Shown here piece by piece: positions 50,826 through 61,700 of a stretch of 64,000 nt of DNA. Each line of letters opens with the position of its first letter. Within the stretch, counting starts at the first letter, position 1. The stretch comes from a virus: the IMG/VR virus record IMGVR_UViG_3300020048_000136; one strand, 5' to 3'. A program made the translations under genes and the position numbers. Under the pieces are notes generated by a model that saw only the letters and a list, made by a program, of their open reading frames with translations, was not told the DNA's origin and searched no databases.

Positions 50826-52685
50826 ATGGCTACATATTACAAATACGCTGAGCGCAATATACAGAACGATGTCAATTGGGCAGAGATTGGTAAGAACCTT
50901 ACCGATATGCTCCAAGAGCAGAATAAGTTACGTGAAGATAAGAAGGCTGCAATTGATGAAGCGAGTCGTCAGTATGGACAAGTGTTGGAGTCAAATCCTA
51001 TCGGTGAGAATGACAACCTAAACAAGTGGTCTTTAGACTATGCCTCAAACGCAAAGGAGGCAAGGCTTCTGCAAGACAGACTTCTCAAGCGTGGTATCCT
51101 TAGCGTTAAGGACTATACTGTTATGCGCCAGAACATAACTGACGGCACGAACAATGCATTTGGATTACTTACTGAGTGGAATACGCTGTACAAAGAAAAG
51201 ATGGACAGATACGCTAAAGGCGAGTCTGCTTTCCAAGAGCAGTTTGAGATGGAGATAAACGATGGTCTCAGCAACTTCTCAAAGACAGCTTTGTATATCA
51301 GTCCGACAGATTATACTGTTAGTGTCGGGAATAAAATCAAAGACCCTAATACGGGGCAGATGATATTAGACCCCGATAGGTCTAAGTACTCAACCATCTC
51401 AAGCTTAAAGGCAAGGATGAATGAGAAGATTAATAAGTTTGATGTTGTCGGAAAGCTAACTGCCATATCGGGGACATTGGGCGAGTACATAACTACAGCA
51501 AAAGCAGCGGGTGTTGCAGGCGCATCAACCGTTGAGAGCGTACTATTGAGTCCCGAGTATCAAAAGACTGAGGGGAATATTATAGAAAGCCTCATGGTTG
51601 ACCCAAGAAATGTAGGAAGTATTCTTACTGATTTTGTTAAGACCGCTCCTAATGGTCAGACGTACACGTTTACGTTAGACCCAAAGGCAGTTGATGCCAA
51701 CCATATTCTGCTTAAAGAAGACCCCAACCAACCGTCATCTGGAAGGCTTGTTCCTTCACTTACTCCCGAGCAGGAGAAGGATGCCAAGGATAGGGTTCAG
51801 TCAAGGCTTCGTACCATGCTTGACTACAAGGTAACTCCCGAGCAGAAGTTTGCTCCTCACGCTCCTTATCGTCCTACAGAGGGTGATTATGCCCGTGGTG
51901 ATGCTAAAAGGGTAGAGAAAACTGTTGTTACCATGTTGGGACAGTTCTATAGTGGGGATGCCTCGGGAATTGATGCTGCTTCTCGGTACTTTAAAGGATT
52001 TGATAAAGGTATTCAGTCTATAAATAAAGGAGATAAAGGGCTTGTTATAACATATAATGATGGTAGACCGCAGGATATCTTGGGATTCAAAACTGCTAAT
52101 GGCACATTAATGAAATCGACAGATTGGATTCAAGGCGCAACAGTATTATCTAAGATGCCAAATATAACAGATGCCATGAAAGCTGCGGGATTAACAGGCA
52201 ATGAAGCGTATTCTACTGCACAAGGGGGATATTCAACAGCAGCTACTACTCCTAAATATACTGAGGCTATTATTCCTGTTACTGACGATAAAGGTAATAT
52301 TGCCCCTAAAGGGCTTGATGACTATTTTAATTCAACCTTTAAGAGGGGTACAAATTATAAGTTTTTTAGTGAAGTTGAGACAGCTAAGAATGCTGCTGCT
52401 GTAACAACAACTATCCTTGGGACATTACCTTCCGATGCTACAAAACAAATGTCTATAAAATCAGAAGAGGTAGGAGGTGTAACTAACTTAACCATAAGAC
52501 TTCCGAAGATAATGAAGGGAGTTGTAAAAATACCTATGGCTAAAAGTGCAAATTTAGAGGCTGAAATAAAACGGATAGTAAAGAATATATATGATTTGGC
52601 AGCTACGGGAGAAGAGTTCTTATCATCTGATGCTCTTCAAGACAAGGATACATCGGGTAAAAAGGATATGAGTAAATACGATTAA
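50826..52685 (+). CDS. internal virion/ejection protein candidate (619 aa)
   Basis: Track ORF; function inferred from gene order only. Confidence 0.45.
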   Translation: MATYYKYAERNIQNDVNWAEIGKNLTDMLQEQNKLREDKKAAIDEASRQYGQVLESNPIGENDNLNKWSLDYASNAKEARLLQDRLLKRGILSVKDYTVMRQNITDGTNNAFGLLTEWNTLYKEKMDRYAKGESAFQEQFEMEINDGLSNFSKTALYISPTDYTVSVGNKIKDPNTGQMILDPDRSKYSTISSLKARMNEKINKFDVVGKLTAISGTLGEYITTAKAAGVAGASTVESVLLSPEYQKTEGNIIESLMVDPRNVGSILTDFVKTAPNGQTYTFTLDPKAVDANHILLKEDPNQPSSGRLVPSLTPEQEKDAKDRVQSRLRTMLDYKVTPEQKFAPHAPYRPTEGDYARGDAKRVEKTVVTMLGQFYSGDASGIDAASRYFKGFDKGIQSINKGDKGLVITYNDGRPQDILGFKTANGTLMKSTDWIQGATVLSKMPNITDAMKAAGLTGNEAYSTAQGGYSTAATTPKYTEAIIPVTDDKGNIAPKGLDDYFNSTFKRGTNYKFFSEVETAKNAAAVTTTILGTLPSDATKQMSIKSEEVGGVTNLTIRLPKIMKGVVKIPMAKSANLEAEIKRIVKNIYDLAATGEEFLSSDALQDKDTSGKKDMSKYD

Positions 52686-52705
52686 TAAGCAAATAAAACC
52701 ACCAC

Positions 52706-55700
52706 ATGAACGAGCAAGCAATCAAGGATTCCTACGAATTATTTGTTGCAAATGGGTATGGAAAATCTATTGATGACTACAAGACCCTCATTGCATCAAA
52801 TCCAAATGCTCTTAAGGATTCATACGACCTATTTGTTGAGAATGGGTACGGAAGAACTATTGATGATTACAAGACACTCATGGGGGTTGGTATTTCTGCT
52901 GAGCCTACTGTAAAAAAAAAAGAAGTTTCCTCTCAGCCTGTTACTACCGATTTGCGAATTTCTTCAAATCCTCAGGCAATGGAGGCTATCGGGAACAGGA
53001 TAGAGCAGATAGACCCACTATCTCAGCATAATCTAAATAAAGAACAGTCGATATCTAACGCATATAAGGCAGCTGAAAATCCTCCAAACGAGGAGAAGAA
53101 GGAAGGGAACTTCCTTACCAAGGCAGCCTCATTAATCTTCAAAGGTCTTCTGTTCCAAAAGGAAATTGAGAGCCAAGTTGAGTCGGGGACAACTAAGCTT
53201 GTCTCGGGCGCATTAGGTGTACCCGAGATTGCTTGGGATGTTGCAAGTTCAGCGCCAAGGGCATTAGGCATTCCCGTTCAACATTGGAGAGATACTCCTT
53301 GGGTACAATCTGCCGATGTTGCGGGTGTTGAGTTGAACCCTATTGCTCATATGGAGAACACCAAGAACTATTTGTTTGAGCGTGGTAAGGAGATAGACAA
53401 GTATGTCAGAACCATAAATCCCGAATTGGACAAGGGCGCTTTAACTGCATTTTCAGAAGGTGATGTTGGATTAGGTTTCAGAAATCTTATTAGCGGTACG
53501 GCTCAGTCTCTGCCAACTACCGTGGCTATTGCTGCCTCGGGAGGTACTGCTGCGCCTGCTATGGTAGGGTTTCAAGTAGGTACATTTGCCGAGCAGTCAT
53601 ATCAGCAGTCATTGGATGATAATGACTATGAGAAGATAGGTCAAGACAGACTTGCTCTTGTGAGCCTTTTGTCGGGGTCTATGGAGTACACATTTGAAAG
53701 CGTATTGGGAGCAGGAGCAACGGCAGCAGCAATAAGGAAACTAATTGAGCGGGAAGGTAAGGATGTTGCAGAGGGTGTTGTACGCAAAGGAATCAAGAAC
53801 GGGTTCGTTGATATGCTTATCACTAACCCTTGGCTTGCGCCTTTAGGTGATTCTTTCGAGGAGGGAGCGACTCAGCTTTCTCAGAACGTCATCAATAAAT
53901 ATTCGGGATACAAACCCGACATTAAGATAATGGATGGTGTCGGAGAGAGTATGCTCCAAGGCTCATTCATGGGTATCGCAATGGGAGGCACATTGAAGGC
54001 TGTAGCTATGTCTCAGAAAGAAAAGCTTCCATCGCAGAAAGAGGCTGATGAGAAGATAAGAGGTATCGCTGATAGGCTTATGAACCCCGAGAATCTCCCG
54101 CTTGTCAGCACATCTATGGAGCGGGTAGTTAAGTGGAGTGAGATGATGAATAGCTTGGGCAGGATTGATGAGCAGACTTACAATCGAATCCAAGAGAACG
54201 TATCGAACTATCGTGCTGCCACAGACCTATTAAGTGTCGGTAAAGGGGAAAAGACTACCCCGAAACCCGAGACTGTAACCCGTCTGATGGATTTATTGGC
54301 AGCAAAGAAAGACTTGACATCCACCAAGGATAGGGCAGAGTACTACTCTGATGAGATTAGGCGCATCAATGATGAGATTCTGAACGTAACTCAGAACAAA
54401 GAAGTTCCCGAGGGAAACAATCGTGAGTACATCAATCAGTTAGTCAACGATATCGTGGCTCATACCCGTGTTGGTGTTCCCTCATATACCATTGATGGTG
54501 TTGAGTATGCCAAGGATAAGTTCACCGAGATTATAAGTGGCATGACTGCCAATGATTTCAAGGCGCACAAGATTGGTGTGTCGAATGATAAAGAAACATC
54601 TAACCTTTTAATCGAAAGAAGCAATGCCATTCAAGAGCCAAGCACAGAGGAGAGCCTGCCACGCAGCGAACAACCCGAAGTGGGACTGCCAAAAGTGGGA
54701 GAAGGAGACACCCAAGAACAAACCGCTCCCGAAGTACTTCAAGCCAAACAAGAAGAAGTAACCGCTGAGGTAGCAACGGAGGCTTCTCCTGCTGCCGAAA
54801 CAGTTACCGCTGCCGAGACTGCCACCGAGCAAGAGCCTGCCGTAGAGGTCACCGCAGAGCCTGCTGTAACAGAAACTACTGAGGTGGTATCTGAGGCGGG
54901 TGAGACTGCCGTGAGGGAAGTGTCTTCAAAGACACTTGAAGGAACTAAGTATGACTTGTCGGATGTGGATAAGTCCACAAGCACAATCGCTACCTTGGCA
55001 AGCACAGCAAGGGAGGAGAAGAGAGCATTCTTGACTGAAAGGAAAGCTGAACTGTTAAATACAGTAGAGACAGCGCCTTCCGAGAACCCGTCAACCGCTC
55101 GGGCATTAGAAGAACTTCAGTCTGTAGAGAAGAGGATAGAGTCATTGGCTATAGCTGACAAGATTGACGAGGTGAAAGCTAAGCTTGCCGCTGCAACAAA
55201 CGCAAAGGACAAGGCTAAGTGGGACAAGGAGAATACTAACCTTCAGAACAGATTCCGTGAGTTGAATGGTAACTTCTCATACAGTGGATACGAACTGATA
55301 TCGCATACAAACCGTGATATTGTTAAGGCTAAGTCGTATAAAGACCTTGCTGAGAAGTACCATGCTGCCAAGCAGGACGGCACAAATCCTGCATTGGTGA
55401 AAGCTGTTGAGGAGTTGGCTTATAAAGGGGCGGGTATCCCTGCTCCCGAGGCTGTTGTTCAGACCGAAGCGCCTGCACAAGAGACAGCGCCCGTTCAAGC
55501 TGAGACCACACAAGTAGCGCCTGCACAAGAGACAGTCGTAGAGGCTGCTCCTGCCAAGCCTGCTAAAGCTGCCAAGCCTGCTGTTAAAAGCGAGGTAGAG
55601 GCTATTGAGGAGGATATACAGTTCTACGAGATGAAGGTAGAGGATTTCATTGAAGACAATAAGTCATCTCTCTCTGAGTTAAAGGAGGACATCGCCAATC

Positions 55701-58700
55701 TGAAGAAGAAGAAGGATGGAGTTCGCTCATCAAATATGACTCGGGCAGAAAAGGCTGAGGCGATAGAGGAGATTGACTCCGACATAGAAGAACTTAAGGA
55801 CAACTACGATGCTGTTGTTGAGTCTAATAACAATGACATCAGAGAGCATAAATCAGAATTAAATAAACTAAAAAAGAAATTAGCAAAGGCTCAGCTTAAA
55901 GCAAAAGCCTCCACCACATCACAAACAACCAAGGCAAATGGACAAGAAAACACAGAATCAGCAAGTGGCACTAACCAAGGAGCAGGAGAAGGAACTTCTA
56001 AGTTATCCCGACTATTGGAGACCATCACTCAGAGAAGCAGCGTTAAGAGGGGAATCAATAAAAAAGACGTACGAAGAGAACAAACAGTTAGAGGCTTTCA
56101 TGTAAACATCATAAGTGAGATAACCTTTGACAAATCACTATCGTCTAAACTCAAAAAAGCATTCTCGGGGTTCAAGGGAACTCAGAAGGTTTACGAGATA
56201 ACGAATGGTGATTCGTTCTTGGCATTGCAGAAGAAAGCTTTAGAGAACAACAAGTTCGGCACATCGGTCACATACAAATCCGCAGAGGATTACAATAGTA
56301 CACGAATGTTTATTACTGAGGACGGGTCAACGGGATTAGTCCTAACTAAGGACGGTGAACTCTCGGCAGGATTCTCAGATGGGACACGACCAAACAATAT
56401 CTCTCAGCTTCTTATCCTTGGTATCAAAGAAGGCGCTCAGCATATAGAGTGCTTCGATACCGTGCTTCCTCACTACTATTCTAAGTTCGGGTTCAAAATC
56501 AAATCAAGACTTGAGTTCAACGATGAGATGAAACCCGAGGGGTGGGACTATGAGACGTACAAGAACTTCAACAATGGCAAACCCGATGTCCTTTTTGGCA
56601 TATATGAGGGTGGTGATAGGAACACCATTGAGGATAGGATAGGCACATTAGGTGACTACAATAAGGACGAGGCAAAGAAATTTGATAAGGATAGTTATCA
56701 GCAGGCACACGATTTCAACCTTAACGAAGACGTAAAGGTTCGTAAGGCAGAGGGTGTATATGAAGAAACAGTTGCTGATGAGGCTTCTCGGTTAGAGTCA
56801 TTGCTTGACGATGGCGCTCAGTTCCAACTTGAGACCGAGCCGTCAGATGTGCAGGAGAGCATGATTGCTGAGGCTGAGAAGATGATGGCTGAAGCTGAGG
56901 CGCAAGGATTCTCTGAGAATGCTTTTGATGCCACTAATCCCGAGCCTGCCGTGGTTCAGATTCCTATAGTGATAAGGGAGAACTCAAAGCTTGCCGATAA
57001 GGTAAAGCGCATGGGGTTATCTGAACTTATAGGGAAGAAGGTAAACCTTGTCATGGCTGACCAACTAAAGGTTGGTAGTGTGATGGTTGGTAAGAAGAGG
57101 CTCAATAGAATGGGAGGTCACCTATTCCCTCTCATCGACAAGCTGTTCGGGAAGGTTGCTTGGGCATCAATAGATAGAGCTGCTGCTAAGAAAATTGTTA
57201 TCGGTGCTATAAAATCAGACTATACTGTGGTTTACAACATGGATACCAAAGCTATAGATTCTAATAAAGCAATGAGAGAGACGTTCTTGGGGATGATAGA
57301 GGCGCTTCCAAAGGAGCAGAGCGATGTTATTCTCAAGCAAATACTATCACACCTTGACGGGAAGAAGTTCGCAAAGGCAACTGCTGCTGTGCATAAGGCA
57401 CTTGATAATGTTAAAACATTCAAGGAGTTTGAAGATGCCCTCTCTACTTTAAATGTTGATGCTAAAGCAAAAATAGTAAACTTACTAATACCTTCTGATA
57501 AAGTAAAGGCTGCTTCTGATTTAGGGAAGACCTTACAGAGTTTAGACATCTCTGTTGAATCAATTCGCAGGCAGAACATAGAGCAGTTCGTATCTGAGCT
57601 GCCAATGGGTGCTATGACGATGGTTCTTGAAGTTCACGATAAGAATGGAAATCGTGTGACCGCAGAAACATTGGATGAGGCTATTATGACAAGGGAGCAG
57701 CAAGAAGCTGAGGGTCTGCCTACGCATGATAACTATCCGTTCTATGTTAGAGGTAAAGCAGTAGCTATCTTAAAAGAGACTGTCCCCTTTTGGCATATGC
57801 TAAAGCAAAGCTTGGATAAAATAAATAAAAAAACTGCCAAGATATTAAGGGATAAAAACGATAATATAATAACAGCTAATACTGCGTTACTGAATGAGAT
57901 GTATATGGCTCAAAGGTCTGCAACAAATGCAAAAGAACTTACAGACCCAAATACCACACACTATCAGAAGTTTGTTGCGTTATTGTCAAGGTCATTCCCT
58001 ACAGTAAAGGTTGCAACAGAAGCTGAGTTCAATAACTTGATAGATAACCTTGGCGCTCAGACTCTTTTAGTTAAGAAACAAAAGGTATATGGCGCAGTAT
58101 ACGGAGGTAAGGTCTATCTTAACCCTACTCTTGAGAACTACAACACACCTATCCATGAGTTTGGGCACATATGGACTAACGTTACAAAGGCATCCAATCC
58201 AAAGCTATACGAGAAGGGAATCTCTCTTGTAAAAGGCTCATCTTATGAGAGCAGAGTCCTTAACAGTCCCGACTACAAGAGGATTGTAAGGAAGATGCGT
58301 GAGAGTGGCTCTACTGTTCAGCAGATAAACGAGTATGTGGCTGAGGAGGCTCTCGCTATGGCTATCGGTGACAAGGGTGAGTCATTCATAATAGCCTCAC
58401 AGAGGGCATCGTTTAATGATTGGCTGAACAAGATGTACTCGGCATTCAAGAACATGATGGGTATCTCAAAGTATACCACCGAGCAGCTTGAGAATATAAC
58501 CCTTGATGAGTTCACTAAGGCTATCGCTGTTGACCTTCTGTCGGGAGGTCAGCTATTCTCCAATGAGGAGGTTGACAATGCTGCCAAGAAGCTACAGTTG
58601 GATACAGCAGGACGTAGTGCCGAGGCAATAGTTAAGAAGGCTCGGGAGAATGGATTCTCTGAGGAGTCAATCAGAGTGGTTCTCAACAAGAGAGGCTACT

Positions 58701-61700
58701 CTCCTGCCGAGATTACCGAGGCAATGTCCAATATTGCTCCAACCGCTACGCTGTCAGAAGATATTCTTGAGGGATACGATGCCCTTATGAAGAAGGTTGA
58801 TGACAAGATTCGCACACAAATCGCCAACAAGGTTGATGTGAAAGCCATCGCCAAGTACTTGGATAAGATGCTTGCCAAGAGTGAGGTGTACAATAATGCC
58901 ACCGATGCTCAGAAGAAACGGTTGGAACTTGAGGTTAAGAACAAGCTGAATGTAAGGGAGAATCGGACGGCTACCTTGGGTCGCTTCTTTGGTGCTATCA
59001 AGGATGTGACGGGAATGTCTAACTCCGACAAGAAGAAGATTGTTCGCAGTATCAGAGACTTGTCACAAGACTCGGCAAAGCACATCACTCAAGAACTGAG
59101 GATGTTGGCAGAGACGGGGAAGGTTACCTTAAACCAAGTAAATAATATCATATCGAAGTTCGGCAAGACGAATCTGAATAGCGAGACATCCGTGTCTCAC
59201 TTTGTTGACTACATGTCCAAGGTATTTAAGGATGCTGAGTACTCAGCTAAGCTTAGTGATGCCAACAAGATGATGAAGTCAATCAAGAAGCTGTCCAAGA
59301 ACAAGGACAAGGATGCCAATTTAAGGGCATTAGCGAGCGCCTTTATAAAAATCAACCCTGCTACCGTTGATGACATAGATATGTACAACAGCGTGGCTGC
59401 AAAGATAAACGAGGCTATAAAAGGGTCAACCATGCGTGGGCAGAATGTTACGTTTGCCGAGTCGGTAAACATAGCTGAGGCATCCGAGTACATACGGGAG
59501 ACCATTGATGCGCAGAACGATAAGATTCGCAAGGATAGGATAGCTGAGATTCAGCAGCTTATGGGTGTTGATGTCTCTGACTTGAGTGCTGAGGATATGT
59601 TGGAGTTCTTATCCAACGATGAGCCTATCACCAAGTACAACGAGGGGATAGTGAGAAGCACAATCAACAAGATGTTCAATATCTACTCTACGCTTATAAG
59701 CGAATCATTCTCTACGGGCAAGGATGTCTTTACTGATGAGGATGTCAGCTTTACGCAGGAGCAGATGGAACTTGTCAATAAGTTCATGTCTATGGACTTG
59801 AAGTTGCTCAGTCCCAAGAATGCTCTCAAGGCGGTGGATGCTCTATCAAACTTCCTACAGAACAAATCGACTGCCAAGATGCAGGCGGTGGTATCTGAGT
59901 ATGCAGGAGAGTATAACGCACAAGCATTGGTTCGCAAGGGTGTTAAGTCAAGGGTTCTTCGTAAGTATTACTTTAAGAACATTGGTCGATTCTTGACAGA
60001 GCAAACATATAATCTGAACATGGTATTTGAGCGCATGTTCGGTGGTGTAAACAGCGGAGCGTTGGTCAAAAGACTTTCGGGAATGGCTGATGTCATTAAC
60101 AATAAGGCTCTTGCTCAGAGGATGTCATCAGATATTACTAAGCGATATGTAGATAGGTTCTATCATAGGACTACAAATGGTCAACCTTTCAACTCAGAGT
60201 ACAATGAGGTTGAGCGTGGTGTGTATGCCTTTATGACGAGGAATGTCATAGGAACTGAGGCTGAGATGAAAGCTGAGTTCGGGCGCAGGAAGACGTTACT
60301 TGAGGAGACAATTGATGCATTATCCAAAGGAGACTCAAAGGAGCAGGCTATAGCTGCTCTATACCAAAGCGCATACATAGGCATAGTAGCTGAAGCTAAG
60401 ACCATAAAAGACATATATGACAATACGAGTTCAACAAATGTTGATGCTGTTGAGTTTTGGGTGTCGGAGTGGGCAGATAACTTTGAGCAGATGTCAGATG
60501 TTGCGTTAAATGTATACAACAAGGTGTTGGATAGAGACTTAAACTACACTCCCGATAGGTACTCAAGGCTTAGTGCTGACTCGGGAACGGTAGAACTTAG
60601 CAACGATGAGTCTGCATTCTTAAACAATACTGATGGTGTTATCTACAAGAAAGAAACGGGTGTGTTGATGACTGCAATAAAGCCTAAGACACTCCCAAAG
60701 AATCGGTATATCAATCTGTCATTCGATACCAACAACTCTAACTCAATGTACGATGCGCTTGTGGATATCAATACCGCATCAGCTATACGTCAAGTGGAGT
60801 CGTTCTTCAATTCAGATAGCTACAGTAAGATTGTCCAAAGCGGTGATGATGCTAAGCTTCTGAAGAATCGTGTAGCCTTATATGTTCAGAACATAAGGAG
60901 GAAGTCACCGTTCTCAAATGACGAGATGTCGGCAATGGTGCGAAACTTAAACAAGCTTGCCACAATCGGTGTCGGTCAAGCATTAGGTGGCGTAACTCAG
61001 CCACTAAAGCAGGTCATCTCCGTGGGAACAAATACCCTTGTAAATGCAGGGGGATTAGATGTATTATCTACATTTAATGCGGCTAAGAAATCATTTATTG
61101 ATAGATGCGGGTACGCTATTGCAAACCGTGGGATTGAGTCTCAGGCTCACGTTGAGTCTATAAATAAGTTGATTGAAGAAGCTTCAAAATCAACAGGAGA
61201 GAAAGCCCTGAAACTCATTGAGAAGGCTAACAAGAAATGGTTGGAAGTCTTCTTGGTAAATCCCGATGTATACATAGCAAGAATGTCTTGGATGACATAC
61301 TACGAGAAGGCATTGCGGGCAGACGGAATAGACCCAAGCAGGATAGACTACAACACGGCTGAGGTTAATACCAAGGCAGCTGACTACGCACAAGAGATGG
61401 TGGATAGGCAGCAGAACGTGTCAGATACTGACATGGCAGGCAAGGTATTCAGCAATAAAGAGCCGTCCAATCAGATTCTTGTTAAGACTTTGCTCCCGTT
61501 TGCAAGCTTTAGGATGAACCAATCCGCTCGTTTAGGTACGGACATATCTGTTCTGACATCTAAGACATCTACTGTTGAGGATAAGATAATAGCGGGTAGG
61601 TCTGTAGCAGGGTTCGGGGTCGAGATGGTTGTGTTCCATGCTTTAGGTGTGGGTATTGCACTCACGTTGGGAAGTATAGCTAAGGCGCTGTTGGGCAAAG